Assembly: GCA_041576165.1 (NCBI GenBank)
Contig: JBFGLM010000008.1
Span: forward strand, 32,001 to 96,000
Source: Acidimicrobiia bacterium
GTDB lineage: Bacteria > Actinomycetota > Acidimicrobiia > Spongiisociales > Spongiisociaceae
Length of the DNA stretch: 64,000 bases
Direction of reading: 5' to 3'
Part shown: positions 9,338 through 22,373 of the stretch, piece by piece
How positions within the stretch are numbered: position 1 is the first letter of the stretch
Layout: each line of letters begins with the position of its first letter
The notes under the pieces: model-generated
Told to the model about the DNA's origin: nothing
Database searches by the model: none
Seen by the model: the letters and a program-made list of their open reading frames with translations, nothing else
Position numbers and translations under genes: made by a program

Positions 9338-10233
9338 AGGATCGGCTCGTCTACGCCGCCTACCGTACCGGCTCCGCCTTCGTGGGCGCACTCCCGGAGC
9401 CGGTCATTCGCTGGGGAGGTTCGTTGATCGGCCGGCTGGCGTGGACATGGGCGGATAGTCGCAAGACGATGGCCCGCCGGCACATGGCCCGGGTAGTGGG
9501 CGACGGACCCCAGGCAGAACGTGCTGCGCGCCGGGTCTTTGCGGCCTACGGTCGCTACTGGGCCGAGGTGTTCTGGTACCGCCCCCGCCGATTCGCCCAG
9601 GTAGAGCAAAAGGTCCGGATCGATGGTCTCGACCACTTACGGCAGGCGGTCGACGCCGGACGCCCTGTGATCCTGACCCTGCCCCATCTCGGCAACTGGG
9701 AGATGGCTGCCACGGCGGCAGAGCGGGCCGGCGTCCGGATAACCGCTGTGGCCGAGTCGCTCGGAAACCCGCTCATCACCCAGTGGTTCCTCCGCGTGCG
9801 GAGGAAGCTGGCGATTGACATCGTCCTGACCGGCCAAGGTGGCGGCGCCACTCGGAAGCTCATCGAAGCGCTCCGCTCGGGGCAAACGGTTGCCCTACTG
9901 AGCGACCGGGACCTGACCGGCCGCGGGGTCGAGGTCGAGTTCTTCGGGGAAAGGACAACGTTACCGGCCGGCCCGGCGGCCCTGGCCGTTCGAACCGGCG
10001 CGGCCATCATCCCGGTGGCCTGCTACTTCCAGGACGGTGCCGGGCATCATGCGGTCATCGAGCCCGAGCTCGAAGTACCGGTCGAAGGTTCGACCGAGGA
10101 ACGTGTGAATGCAACGACGCAGCGGCTGGCCGGGATTCTCGAACTCCAGATCCGCCGCCACCCCGATCAGTGGCACCTGGTGCAGCCCAACTGGCCGTCC
10201 GACCGCGAGCTGCTAGTTGAGGTCGGCCCGTGA
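9334..10233 (+). CDS. patA: Phosphatidylinositol mannoside acyltransferase
   Basis: LPHLGNWE, LLSDRD, FFG, PDQWHLVQPNW; GTG overlaps the pgsA stop; sits between pgsA and pimA. Confidence 0.88.
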   Translation: MKDRLVYAAYRTGSAFVGALPEPVIRWGGSLIGRLAWTWADSRKTMARRHMARVVGDGPQAERAARRVFAAYGRYWAEVFWYRPRRFAQVEQKVRIDGLDHLRQAVDAGRPVILTLPHLGNWEMAATAAERAGVRITAVAESLGNPLITQWFLRVRRKLAIDIVLTGQGGGATRKLIEALRSGQTVALLSDRDLTGRGVEVEFFGERTTLPAGPAALAVRTGAAIIPVACYFQDGAGHHAVIEPELEVPVEGSTEERVNATTQRLAGILELQIRRHPDQWHLVQPNWPSDRELLVEVGP

Positions 10234-11285
10234 AAGTCGCGGTCGTCTGCCCCTATGCGCTTGATCAGCCCGGCGGCGTGCAGTCGCAGACTCGCGAGCT
10301 GGTCCTCCGCCTGCTGACAGCAGGCGACGATGCGTGGCTGGTTGGTCCGGGGACGGACCCGGGCGACGTTCCCATGCGGTCCGTGGGCGGCAGCGTACGC
10401 GTGCCTGCCAACAAGTCGGTTGCTCCCATCTCGCTCGCCCCGGGCGCCGCCGCTCGCGTGCGAACAGCACTGGCGGGCGCCGACGTGATTCACGTCCACG
10501 AGCCCCTGATTCCGGTCGTGGCGTGGGCAGCGGTGCGGGCGCGGCCGGCGGTGCACACGTTTCACGCGGACCCTTCGGCCTTGGTCCGCCGGATCTACCG
10601 CGTGTTCGGCCCTGCGCTGGCCCGGCTCATGGCGGGGGCCACGGCCACCGCCGTGAGCGAGGTGGCCGCAAGCGCCATCCGACCCTTCATGGACTGCTCA
10701 GAAATCATCCCGAACGGCGTCGACGTGGCGTCATACCGCTCTTCTGAGATGGCCAGAACACCCGGGCGGGTGGCGTTCCTAGGGCGCAACGAGCCGCGCA
10801 AGGGGCTCGATGTGCTGGAGTCGGCCTGGCCCTCGATCAGCATGGCGGTGCCCGGCGCGACCCTGCACGTACTTGGTGCCTCCGGGTCCGACCGGGATGG
10901 GATCCGTTACCTCGGCCGGGTAGACGAGTCGACCAAACGCTCCGAACTGGCGGCCGCAAGCGTGTTTTGTGCGCCGAACCGCGGAGGCGAGAGCTTCGGG
11001 ATCACTCTCGTCGAAGGCATGGCGGCTGGCTGCGCCGTGGTGGCATCGGACCTCGAATCGTTCCGGGCAGTGGCCGGTGACGCTGCTCTGTTCGTGCGTC
11101 CAGGGGAACCGGCGGCTCTGGCCGATGGGGTGATCTCGCTGCTCCGCAACGAGCCGCGCGCCAAGGGGCTGGCGGGCGCTGGTATGCAGCGCGCCCGGCG
11201 GTACGATTGGGATGCAATAGTGCCGCGCTACCGTCGGCTGTATCAGCAGGTCGTTGCGGAACTGCATCCGCCCGGCGGGCGTTAA
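10230..11285 (+). CDS. pimA: GT4 phosphatidyl-myo-inositol mannosyltransferase
   Basis: VCPY..PGGVQ, IHVHEP, EPRKG, GESFGITLVEGMAAG; syntenic with pgsA and patA. Confidence 0.88.
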   Translation: MKVAVVCPYALDQPGGVQSQTRELVLRLLTAGDDAWLVGPGTDPGDVPMRSVGGSVRVPANKSVAPISLAPGAAARVRTALAGADVIHVHEPLIPVVAWAAVRARPAVHTFHADPSALVRRIYRVFGPALARLMAGATATAVSEVAASAIRPFMDCSEIIPNGVDVASYRSSEMARTPGRVAFLGRNEPRKGLDVLESAWPSISMAVPGATLHVLGASGSDRDGIRYLGRVDESTKRSELAAASVFCAPNRGGESFGITLVEGMAAGCAVVASDLESFRAVAGDAALFVRPGEPAALADGVISLLRNEPRAKGLAGAGMQRARRYDWDAIVPRYRRLYQQVVAELHPPGGR

Positions 11286-11331
11286 ACCGCCGCAACACGT
11301 TCCGACCCTCTTCGAGCTCCATGGAGTGCCC

Positions 11332-12393
11332 GTGAAACGCATCGCCACCGTTCTCGTGTGTTTGGCCGTCGCTTCCGCTGCCTGCGGTGGCGGCGGGGCC
11401 GAGGCGACCGACCAGACAACGACGCCAACTACTCGCGCAACCACCACCTCCAGTACCGAACCAGCTTCCACCACGGCACCGTCGACCCCGAGCACCACGC
11501 TGGCCGGCCCCGGCGACGGCTGGTATTGGTCCGGCGAGCGGCTGGAGGCCGGCGAGAACCCGGCCAGTACCGAAGTACTCATCGCCAAATACTCCAACGC
11601 GCCCAAGTCCCGACCCCAGCAAGGACTGGGGGCGGCCGACATGGCGTTTGAGGTCCTGGTCGAGGGTGGCGTCGTTCGGATCCTGGCCGTATTCCAATCC
11701 GAGATCCCGGACGTCATCGGTCCGCTCCGCAGCGCCCGCGAGGTCGATCCGAAACTGATCGAGCCCTTCAACGCCTTCTACGCCAGCTCCGGTGGCCAGC
11801 CGGCCGTAATGCGCGACATCGGCGCCGTTGCGGTAGATGTCAGCGACGGGCCTGGGCCCGGCTATTTCCGGCAGTCGGGCCGATCGGCTCCGTACAACCT
11901 GTTCGTGAACACCGCCCCACTCCTGGAAGTCGCTGAACTCAATCCCACCCCCAACCAATGGGTCACCTTCGACGAAACCGCACCCGACGGGGAGCAGGCG
12001 TTATCGGTCGAGGTAGACATCTCGAGTTTTCACACCGCCAACTATCGATACTCGGCCGCCGACGGCGGGTACCTGCGGTTCAACGGCGAACAACCCCATA
12101 CGACGGTTGACGAGACCCAGCTTGTCGCATCGACCGTGGTGGTCTTGTTCGTCGAGCCCTTGTCGACGGGACGGGTCGACGGCTCGGGCACACCGGTCCC
12201 AGACTTCGAAGTCCTGGGTACCGGCGACGCAATAGTGTTCCGCGACTCGGTCGCCATCCCGGGTACCTGGGAGCGGGGACGGTCCTCGGATTTCTTCCGA
12301 CTGTTTGACGCCGACGGCACCGAGGTACCTTTGAAACCGGGGCAGATCTGGTTCGAGCTGGTCCCGAACGGCCGCACCGTGGAGTGGCAGTAG
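11332..12393 (+). CDS. DUF3048-family lipoprotein
   Basis: Lipobox-like ASAAC, Thr-rich linker, [36 protein letters not shown]. Confidence 0.8.
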   Translation: MKRIATVLVCLAVASAACGGGGAEATDQTTTPTTRATTTSSTEPASTTAPSTPSTTLAGPGDGWYWSGERLEAGENPASTEVLIAKYSNAPKSRPQQGLGAADMAFEVLVEGGVVRILAVFQSEIPDVIGPLRSAREVDPKLIEPFNAFYASSGGQPAVMRDIGAVAVDVSDGPGPGYFRQSGRSAPYNLFVNTAPLLEVAELNPTPNQWVTFDETAPDGEQALSVEVDISSFHTANYRYSAADGGYLRFNGEQPHTTVDETQLVASTVVVLFVEPLSTGRVDGSGTPVPDFEVLGTGDAIVFRDSVAIPGTWERGRSSDFFRLFDADGTEVPLKPGQIWFELVPNGRTVEWQ

Positions 12394-13307
12394 AATCGGT
12401 CCCGGCACAGTCAGGAGCACGAGTCGTGGAACAAGGGACTGATCGCGTAAAGCGAGGTTTGGCGGAGATGTTGAAGGGCGGCGTCATCATGGACGTCGTG
12501 ACGCCCGAGCAGGCCACCATCGCCGAGGAAGCCGGAGCCGTTTCGGTGATGGCCCTCGAGCGTGTGCCGGCCGACATCCGCCAGCATGGAGGGGTCGCTC
12601 GGATGGCCGACCCCACTGTGATCGACCAGATCATGGCCGCGGTGAGCATCCCGGTGATGGCGAAGGCCCGGATCGGACATTTCGTCGAAGCCCAGGTGCT
12701 GCAGGCGCTGGGGGTCGACTACATCGACGAGTCGGAGGTCCTGACGCCGGCCGACATGAACCTCCACATCGACAAGTGGGCATTCACGACCCCGTTCGTG
12801 TGCGGTGCTCGGAACCTGGGTGAGGCTCTGCGCCGCATCGGGGAAGGGGCAGCCATGATCCGCACCAAGGGCGAACCCGGTACCGGAAACATCGTGGAAG
12901 CCGTCACCCACATGCGGGCGATGAACGACGAGATCCGGCGGCTCTCCACCCTCACGTCAGAGGAACTCATGGCCGCCGCCCGGGACCTCAAGGCCCCCTA
13001 CGAGCTGGTCAAAGAGGTCGCCGAGACCGGGCGCCTACCGGTGGTGAACTTTGCCGCCGGTGGCATCGCCACGCCGGCCGACGCGGCCCTCATGATGCAG
13101 CTCGGCTGTGACGGTGTGTTCGTGGGATCGGGCATCTTCAAGAGCGGCGACCCGGCCCAACGGGCGCGGGCAATCGTTGAAGCGACAACGTTCTATCGGG
13201 ATCCGCAGATCATCGCCAAGGTTTCCCGCGGGCTGGGCGAGGCGATGGTCGGAATCAACATCGACGACATCCCCGCCGAGCAGCGGATGGCCGAGCGAGG
13301 CTGGTAG
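12384..13307 (+). CDS. pdxS: Pyridoxal 5'-phosphate synthase lyase subunit
   Basis: [39 protein letters not shown]. Confidence 0.98.
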   Translation: MAVESVPAQSGARVVEQGTDRVKRGLAEMLKGGVIMDVVTPEQATIAEEAGAVSVMALERVPADIRQHGGVARMADPTVIDQIMAAVSIPVMAKARIGHFVEAQVLQALGVDYIDESEVLTPADMNLHIDKWAFTTPFVCGARNLGEALRRIGEGAAMIRTKGEPGTGNIVEAVTHMRAMNDEIRRLSTLTSEELMAAARDLKAPYELVKEVAETGRLPVVNFAAGGIATPADAALMMQLGCDGVFVGSGIFKSGDPAQRARAIVEATTFYRDPQIIAKVSRGLGEAMVGINIDDIPAEQRMAERGW

Positions 13308-13901
13308 ATGCGGATCGGCGTTCTGGCGCTCCAGGGCGACTTCCGTGAGCACAAACAGGCGGTCGAGGCGCTGGGCCACGAGCCGGTGGAGGTGCGCCTG
13401 CCCGAGGAGCTGGACACGCTCGACGCGCTGGTCGTCCCGGGCGGCGAGTCGACCGCAATTGGGAAGCTCGCCACGATGTACGGGCTCATCGAACCCCTCC
13501 AAAAGCACATCCAGTCGGGCCTACCTGTGCTCGGAACGTGTGCCGGCATGATCTTGCTGGCCGCGGGGGTCACGGATGGGGAGCAATCCCAGCTCGGGGT
13601 GCTGGATGCGGTGGTTGAAAGGAACGCATACGGCCGCCAAAACGAGTCGTTTGAAGCCGACATCGAGATCCGGGGTTTTGACCGACCGGTGCGGGCGGTG
13701 TTCATCCGGGCTCCCCGGATTGCAGCGCACGGCGAGGGTGTCGAGGTGTTGGGATCCGTCGATGGCCACCCGGTCGCGGTGCGGCAGGGGCACGTGCTGG
13801 CGATATCGTTTCACCCTGAACTGACTGAAGATCGCAGGTTTCACCAGATGCTGATTGAGATGGCAGGCAGGAAGACCGTGGGCGACGGAGCGCATGACTG
13901 A
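13308..13901 (+). CDS. pdxT: Pyridoxal 5'-phosphate synthase glutaminase subunit
   Basis: GVLALQGDF, PGGEST, GTCAG, FHPEL. Confidence 0.97.
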   Translation: MRIGVLALQGDFREHKQAVEALGHEPVEVRLPEELDTLDALVVPGGESTAIGKLATMYGLIEPLQKHIQSGLPVLGTCAGMILLAAGVTDGEQSQLGVLDAVVERNAYGRQNESFEADIEIRGFDRPVRAVFIRAPRIAAHGEGVEVLGSVDGHPVAVRQGHVLAISFHPELTEDRRFHQMLIEMAGRKTVGDGAHD

Positions 13902-14644
13902 TGGCCGGGCATTCGAAATGGGCCAACATCAAGCACCGCAAAGGACGCCAGGACGCAGCCCGCGGCAAGCTGTTTGCCAAGCTGTGCCGGGTGGTTGAGG
14001 CGGCGGCCCGAGCTGGCGGAGGAGATCCGGCCTCCAACGCATCGCTCGCCACAGCGATCGAGAAAGCCAAGTCGGCTTCGGTACCCAAAGACAACATCGA
14101 GCGCGCCATCAAACGAGGTGTCGGCGAACTCGATTCCGAGCAGCTCGAAGAGGTCTTTTATGAGGGCTACGCACCAGGAGGCGTCGCCTTGTATGTGCAG
14201 ATCCTGACCGACAACCGCAATCGGGCCGCGTCGGATGTTCGCTCAGTCTTCTCCAAGAATGGCGGCAACCTGGGCGAGCCCGGCTCGGTGGCGTACCTGT
14301 TCGACCAGAAGGGATATCTGCTGGTGAGCGGGGACGAGGACGAGGTCATGCTGGCCGCGCTCGAAGCGGGAGCCGAGGATGTCCGCCCCTCAGGGGAACA
14401 GTTCGAGGTGATCACCGCCCCCACGGACTTCAGCAGCGTCCGGGACTCGCTGGTCGCCGCCGGGATCGAACCGGAAGAGGCATCGGTCACCCAGCTTCCT
14501 TCGACGACCGTGCCGGTGGACGAGAAGACCGCCGGGCAGGTGTTGCGGCTGGTCGACGCCCTGGATGACCTCGACGATGTCCAGGAGGTCTTCGGCAATT
14601 TCGACATCCCGGACGAGGTGCTGGGGAAGCTGGCCGACGCTTGA
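13901..14644 (+). CDS. yebC: YebC/PmpR family protein
   Basis: MAGHSKWANIKHRK, YEGYAPGG, TDNRNR, DLDDVQEV. Confidence 0.97.
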   Translation: MAGHSKWANIKHRKGRQDAARGKLFAKLCRVVEAAARAGGGDPASNASLATAIEKAKSASVPKDNIERAIKRGVGELDSEQLEEVFYEGYAPGGVALYVQILTDNRNRAASDVRSVFSKNGGNLGEPGSVAYLFDQKGYLLVSGDEDEVMLAALEAGAEDVRPSGEQFEVITAPTDFSSVRDSLVAAGIEPEEASVTQLPSTTVPVDEKTAGQVLRLVDALDDLDDVQEVFGNFDIPDEVLGKLADA

Positions 14645-14942
14645 ACATCCAGGAACTCCTCCGGCCTGGCGAGTCCGAACCTCCGCGGCGGCCCGGGTGC
14701 GAGATGGTCCGTGCTGTTACGGCTCCCGCCCGACTCATTCGCCTACTGCCCGCAGGCTCTCGGTCAACCACTTTGAAGTGGTCCGGTGGGTGATTGGTAG
14801 GGTCTGACGCCCCATCCGAATCCGGATCGGCCCGCTCCGCCCGTTCGGCCACGTACGGCATCCTCCTGCCATCCGTGGCTCGCCGACCCCCCTCGCAAAA
14901 GACGAATTGCCACCGCCCGAGAACCGGTGACGATACACTCCC

Positions 14943-14956
14943 CAAACATATGTTCG
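14943..14956 (+). promoter_or_regulatory. Putative LexA (SOS) box overlapping the ruvC start codon
   Basis: CAAAC-ATAT-GTTCG, one mismatch from the CGAAC-N4-GTTCG consensus; TACACT -10-like hexamer at 14934-14939. Confidence 0.65.
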
Positions 14957-15450
14957 TATTGGGGATCGATCCGGGTTTGACCACGACCGGCTACGGAGGC
15001 GTGCGACGGGAGCGGGGCCGGCTCCACGCTGTCACGGTCGGTGTGATCCGCACAGATCCGCGACGATCTGTTGCCGAGCGGTTGGCGGAGCTGCACCGGG
15101 ACATCACCTCAGTGCTCGAGGAGCAGCAGCCTGATGTTGTCGCCATCGAGCAGGTGTTCGTCAACCGGAACCTGCAGACAGCTATGTCCGTGGCCCGAGC
15201 CACCGGGGTGATACTGCTGGCTGCGACGCAAAGCGGGCTGGCCACCGCCGAGTACACCCCGTCATCAGTGAAGGCCGCGATCGCCGGTTACGGCTCGGCG
15301 CCGAAGGACCAAGTCCAGAAGATGGTGGTCAGCCGTCTCCGACTGGCCACGGTCCCGCAACCAACGGACGCGGCCGACGCGCTCGCCATCGCCCTGTGTC
15401 ACCTCCAGTCGCACCGGCATCTCGCCATTCAGCAGAAAGGAACAGCATGA
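14950..15450 (+). CDS. ruvC: Holliday junction resolvase
   Basis: MFVLGIDPG, AIEQVF, DAADALAIA. Confidence 0.96.
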   Translation: MFVLGIDPGLTTTGYGGVRRERGRLHAVTVGVIRTDPRRSVAERLAELHRDITSVLEEQQPDVVAIEQVFVNRNLQTAMSVARATGVILLAATQSGLATAEYTPSSVKAAIAGYGSAPKDQVQKMVVSRLRLATVPQPTDAADALAIALCHLQSHRHLAIQQKGTA

Positions 15451-16025
15451 TCGGCCGCCTGCGCGGAACACTGGTCGCACGAACCGGGGAGTGCGTGATC
15501 GTCGATGTCGGCGGGGTCGGGTACGAGGTCGTGGTGACCCCACGCGATGCGGCCGAGCTGCCCGGGGTCGGCGAAGAGATCGTGGTGCACACTCACCTCC
15601 ACGTACGCGAAGACATCATGGCTGTTTACGGGTTTGTCAGCTCGGCAGCGCGGGATCTCTTCCGGGTGCTGATCAGCACCTCCGGCATCGGACCCAAGGT
15701 GGCGATGGCGATGCTGGCCAGTTACCGCCCCGACCAGCTTCGGGCCGCGGTCGCGACGGAGGACCTGGATGCCCTGAGCGCAATCCCCGGTATCGGGAAG
15801 CGAACGGCCCAGAAACTCATCCTCGAACTCCGGCCCCGGCTGGCCGACCTCGACGCGGAAACATTGGTGGGATCGGATGAATCTCCGACCGGACGCATCC
15901 GGGAGGCGCTCGAGGGGCTTGGCTACTCGCCGGCGGAGATCCGGACCGTGGTCGGCAGCCTACCGGCGGACGCTCCGCTCCAAGAACAGCTTCGTCAAGC
16001 CCTCCAGACCCTGGGGCGCCGTTGA
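15447..16025 (+). CDS. ruvA: Holliday junction branch migration protein
   Basis: MIGRLRG, VGGVGYEV, HVRED, GIGPKVA, IPGIGKRTA. Confidence 0.96.
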   Translation: MIGRLRGTLVARTGECVIVDVGGVGYEVVVTPRDAAELPGVGEEIVVHTHLHVREDIMAVYGFVSSAARDLFRVLISTSGIGPKVAMAMLASYRPDQLRAAVATEDLDALSAIPGIGKRTAQKLILELRPRLADLDAETLVGSDESPTGRIREALEGLGYSPAEIRTVVGSLPADAPLQEQLRQALQTLGRR

Positions 16026-16043
16026 TGACGAGAGGAGCCCGTT

Positions 16044-17066
16044 GTGCGTGAAGAAGGGCTGCTGGTTGCCGGGTCACTGCCCGGTGACGACGCAATCGAG
16101 ACAACGCTGCGGCCGCAATCACTGGACCAGTTCGTCGGACAGCCCAAGCTCAAGGAACGGCTGGGGATCTCCCTCGACGCCGCCCGCACTCTGCGCAAGC
16201 CACTCGACCACATGTTGTTGTCGGGACCTCCCGGCCTCGGCAAGACGACGCTGGCCCGCATCATCGCTCACGAGTTGGATACCCACATGCGGCCGACATC
16301 GGGACCGGCGATCGAACGCCCGGGCGACCTGGCCTCGATGCTGTCGAACCTCGACAACGGCGACGTGTTCTTCATCGACGAGATCCACCGCTTGCCTCGG
16401 GCGATCGAGGAGGTCTTGTACTCGGCGATGGAAGACTTCGAACTGGACATCGTGCTGGGCAAAGGTCCGGCGGCGCAATCAATCCGGCTAGAGCTCGCTC
16501 GCTTCACATTGGTCGGCGCCACCACCCGAATGGGAACGGTCGCCGCTCCGCTACGCGATCGGTTCGGGATCGTCGACCGTCTGGATTATTACGACGCGGA
16601 TGATCTGGGCAAGATCGTGAGTCGCTCCGCCGCAATCCTCGGCGTGGACATCACGGCCGAAGGAGCTGCGATCATCGCCGGCCGCAGCCGCGGGACGCCC
16701 CGGATCGCCAACCGGCTACTGGCCCGGGTCCGCGAGTATTCGGTGGCTCGAGCCGATGGGATCGTCGATGGGGAAACGGCCAACCGAGCGCTCGCCATCT
16801 GGGAGGTGGACGCAATGGGGCTGGACAAGGTGGACAGAGCCATTCTCACGGCGATCATCGACACATTTGAAGGGGGTCCGGTAGGGCTCTCCACTCTGGC
16901 TATCGCTGTCGGAGAAGAACCCGAGACGGTCGAAGCGGCCTACGAGCCCTTCTTGCTGCAGCGCGGCTTGCTACAGCGGACTCCCCGGGGGCGGGTGGCG
17001 ACCGCGGCGGCCTACGAGCATCTCGGGTTCGAGCCGCCCGCACCGGGCCAGCCCTCGCTGCTCTGA
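16044..17066 (+). CDS. ruvB: Holliday junction branch migration helicase
   Basis: [40 protein letters not shown]. Confidence 0.98.
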   Translation: MREEGLLVAGSLPGDDAIETTLRPQSLDQFVGQPKLKERLGISLDAARTLRKPLDHMLLSGPPGLGKTTLARIIAHELDTHMRPTSGPAIERPGDLASMLSNLDNGDVFFIDEIHRLPRAIEEVLYSAMEDFELDIVLGKGPAAQSIRLELARFTLVGATTRMGTVAAPLRDRFGIVDRLDYYDADDLGKIVSRSAAILGVDITAEGAAIIAGRSRGTPRIANRLLARVREYSVARADGIVDGETANRALAIWEVDAMGLDKVDRAILTAIIDTFEGGPVGLSTLAIAVGEEPETVEAAYEPFLLQRGLLQRTPRGRVATAAAYEHLGFEPPAPGQPSLL

Positions 17067-17194
17067 CGCTCACCTCGGCTCCGCCGTCGTCGCCCTTCGT
17101 TGCGAGCCGCGCCGGCGAGCCAAACCAGCCTCCTCGAGCGTCCGGCGTCCTGGAGAATAACGCCGGGGCGTGCTTCCATTTCTGCTGCTCTGCA

Positions 17195-19331
<2,137 letters not shown>

Positions 19332-19374
19332 GTCCTCGCCCGCTGGCTGCGGGCTTTTTCGTGGAAGGAACCAG

Positions 19375-19677
19375 ATGTTGGTCTTGGCCCAGGAGACGAG
19401 CGCAGGCAGCGGCATTGCCGGCCTGCTGCTCCCGCTCCTGCTTTTCGGCGGAATCTTCTACTTCCTGATCATCCGACCGCAACGCAACCGGGTGCGCAAA
19501 CAACAGGAGCTGGCGCAGGCGATGGAGATTGGCGATCACGTCCGTACCTACGGTGGCGTCTTTGGCGTCGTCCTAGCCATCGACGACGAAGCTGTAGTGC
19601 TCGGCCTGGAGGAGGGTCGGATGCGGGTCGCCAAACAGGCGATCGCCGCTCGTTTGAACAACGAAACCGAAGGCTGA
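19375..19677 (+). CDS. yajC: Preprotein translocase subunit YajC
   Basis: FYFLIIRPQ, GDHVRTYGG; directly upstream of secD. Confidence 0.93.
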   Translation: MLVLAQETSAGSGIAGLLLPLLLFGGIFYFLIIRPQRNRVRKQQELAQAMEIGDHVRTYGGVFGVVLAIDDEAVVLGLEEGRMRVAKQAIAARLNNETEG

Positions 19678-19678
19678 C

Positions 19679-21205
19679 GTGCGCCGCCGCCTCATCACAA
19701 TGCTGATCGTGATAGTCATCGCGTGGGGTGGCATGGCGGCCGCGCTGGCCGCGGGGATGGGGCCGCGGTTGGGACTCGACCTGCGGGGTGGGACCAGTGT
19801 GATCCTGACCGCTCCCGACGGCACCCCGGAGGAGCTGGTCGGCACTGCGGTCGACATCATGCGCCGGCGGATAGAAGACTTTGGCGACGTCCAGGAACCG
19901 GAGATCTCGATATCCGGGGGCACCAGCGTGCTGGTCAGCCTGCCGGGTGTGACCGACCAAGAACGCGCTCTGGATGCCATCGGACAGACCGGTGAGCTGT
20001 CGTTCCGTCCGGTCCTCGACCAGGGCCCGATCAGCCCGCTGCTGTTCGAACAGTTCCTGCAGCAGGCGGAGGAGGAGGGTGCGACGACCGACACCACTCT
20101 GGGCGAGGGTGAAAACACGACCGACGCAGCGGAAGAGTTGCCGCCGGTCGAGGTTCCGCCGGGGGTCGACCCCGATACCGGCCTCACCATCTCCGACAGT
20201 CCCGACCTTCCGGCCGCCTGGCTCCCGGAACTCGACGAAAACAACCAGCCAGTGGCCGTGTACGAGGTCGGGCAGGCCGCGCTGGGCGGCAGCGACGTCG
20301 CCGACGCGCTGGCGTTGTTCGGTCAGAGCCTGGGCAGCGGCTGGACGGTGCAACTGAACCTGACCGGCGATGGCGCAGAGAAATTCGCCGATATCACGGC
20401 TCAGCTGGCGGGCGAGCCACTCGGCAGCCCCACCCGGCAGCTCGCCATCGTGCTCGACGGAGTGGTGGTGGCGGCGCCGCAGGTGAACGAGACGGTGAGC
20501 CCGGCGACAGGTATCACGGGAGGGACGGCCGTGATAACCCTCGGCGGAGACGAGCAGGAGGCCCGTGATCTGGCGACGGTGCTCCGGTATGGCTCATTGC
20601 CGGTCGCCTTCGAGCGGTCATCAGTACAAAAGGTGTCGGCGACGCTGGGTTCCGACGCGCTGGCTGCCGGCCTCGCGGCCGGTATCGGAGGTCTCGTGCT
20701 GGTGATCCTCTTCCTGCTCTTCTACTACCGGGCACTGGGGCTGGTCACGCTGGTCGGCATCACCGTGTTCGGCTCGCTACTCGTTCTTGCGTTCTCGCTG
20801 CTCGGGGAGATCCAGGGGCTTACGCTGACGTTGTCCGGCGTGGCCGGCGTGATTGTTGCGATCGGCATCACGGCTGATTCGTACATCGTGTATTTCGAGC
20901 GATTGAAAGAAGAAGCCCGGGGCGGCCGAACGATCGCAGACGCGTCGGACGAGGCGTTCCGGCACGCGTTCCGGACGATCCTCACGGCCGACTTCGTCTC
21001 ATTCATGGGGGCAGCGCTGCTGTGGGCCCTCTCGGTCGGCGCAGTGAAAGGATTCGCGCTCGCGCTGGGCATTGCAACCGTCCTCGACGTGATCGTCGCG
21101 TACTTCTTCACCCGCAACTTCGTGGCCTTGCTGGCCCGGAGCGGCGCGGCCGAGGGCGGCGCATTCAGCATCAGGGCCGCCACCGGTACGGGAGCGGCAG
21201 CGTGA
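19679..21205 (+). CDS. secD: Protein translocase subunit SecD
   Basis: LGLDLRGG, LRYGSLP, VSATLG, YFERLKEE, VKGFA. Confidence 0.95.
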   Translation: MRRRLITMLIVIVIAWGGMAAALAAGMGPRLGLDLRGGTSVILTAPDGTPEELVGTAVDIMRRRIEDFGDVQEPEISISGGTSVLVSLPGVTDQERALDAIGQTGELSFRPVLDQGPISPLLFEQFLQQAEEEGATTDTTLGEGENTTDAAEELPPVEVPPGVDPDTGLTISDSPDLPAAWLPELDENNQPVAVYEVGQAALGGSDVADALALFGQSLGSGWTVQLNLTGDGAEKFADITAQLAGEPLGSPTRQLAIVLDGVVVAAPQVNETVSPATGITGGTAVITLGGDEQEARDLATVLRYGSLPVAFERSSVQKVSATLGSDALAAGLAAGIGGLVLVILFLLFYYRALGLVTLVGITVFGSLLVLAFSLLGEIQGLTLTLSGVAGVIVAIGITADSYIVYFERLKEEARGGRTIADASDEAFRHAFRTILTADFVSFMGAALLWALSVGAVKGFALALGIATVLDVIVAYFFTRNFVALLARSGAAEGGAFSIRAATGTGAAA

Positions 21206-22287
21206 GCGTCATTCAGCGGCTCTTCCAGGGCCGAACCGATTTCGATTTTGTCGGCGCTGCGAAGCGGCGATGGCTCATCGTGTCCGGAGCGGCGATCGTC
21301 ATCTGTCTTCTCAGTCTCGGATTTCGCGGGTTGAACCTGAGCCTCGATTTTCTCGGTGGAATCTCGGTTGACGTGCCAAATGCGGCCGGGGCGAGCATCG
21401 GCGACGTGCGGGACGCAGTGACGGCTCTGGGCATAGACGATGCCCGCATTCAGCTCATCGACGACGGGGCGGAACTGCGGGTCCGCACCGGAACGGTGGA
21501 CACCGCGGTTCAAGACCAGCTGACCCAGGCGGTGGCGGGGGTGGTCGGTGTCACGATCGACGACACGAACGTCGAATCGGTCGGCCCGACGTTCGGCGAG
21601 GACATCACGCGGCGAGCTATTCGCGCCCTCGTCGTGTTCCTGATCGTCGTCGTGATCTTCATCTCTCTGCGTTTCGAGTGGAAGATGGCACTCGCGGCGC
21701 TGGCCGCCTTGGCGCACGACCTCATCCTCACCTTCGGCGCCTATTCGGTGATCGGATTCGAGGTCACCCCGGCGACCGTCGTGGCTATCCTCACGATCCT
21801 CGGGTATTCGCTGTACGACACGGTGGTCGTCTTCGACAAGGTCAAGGAGAACATCGACCTGTACCGAGACGAGAAGACCATCACCGGCATCGTCAACCTG
21901 TCCATGAACCAGGTGCTGATGCGATCGATCAATACCTCTCTGACCAGCCTGCTCCCGGTGGGTTCTCTGTTGTTCGTGGGGTCCTTGCTCCTCGGGGCCG
22001 GCACGTTGCGAGAATTCGCGCTGGCCCTGTTCGTGGGCATCGGTGCAGGCACCTATTCATCGCTGTTCGTTGCGTCACCTCTGCTGGCCATTTGGAAGGA
22101 ACGCGAAGACGAGTGGGGCCGGCGCCGGTATCGCACCGAGAAGAAGGCGGAACAGCGCGTCGTGTCCGAGAAGGCATCGAGGTCTGCCTCCCAGCGCCTC
22201 TCGTCACAGGGACAGAGGTCGGCCGGGGGCCGGCCACCGGGAGGTTCGGGTGCCGCGCCGCGGCCCCCCAAGAAACGCAAACGCTGA
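21202..22287 (+). CDS. secF: Protein translocase subunit SecF
   Basis: LSLDFLGG, VGPTFG, GYSLYDTVVVFD, RSINTS; GTG overlaps the secD stop. Confidence 0.95.
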   Translation: MSVIQRLFQGRTDFDFVGAAKRRWLIVSGAAIVICLLSLGFRGLNLSLDFLGGISVDVPNAAGASIGDVRDAVTALGIDDARIQLIDDGAELRVRTGTVDTAVQDQLTQAVAGVVGVTIDDTNVESVGPTFGEDITRRAIRALVVFLIVVVIFISLRFEWKMALAALAALAHDLILTFGAYSVIGFEVTPATVVAILTILGYSLYDTVVVFDKVKENIDLYRDEKTITGIVNLSMNQVLMRSINTSLTSLLPVGSLLFVGSLLLGAGTLREFALALFVGIGAGTYSSLFVASPLLAIWKEREDEWGRRRYRTEKKAEQRVVSEKASRSASQRLSSQGQRSAGGRPPGGSGAAPRPPKKRKR

Positions 22288-22373
22288 GCGGGCGGTCTCG
22301 ATCGACATCCACGAATCCCAAACCCGGCCGCATACCGCACAGGGAACCCACCAGCGGATCTAACATTCAGGGC

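Noticed and set aside
21678-22373. Long N-terminal extension of apt in the ORF track, and similar extensions for ruvC, pilA, pilD and secF
   Set aside because: They overlap upstream genes or promoters; family N-termini and RBS/-10 positions support the shorter starts.
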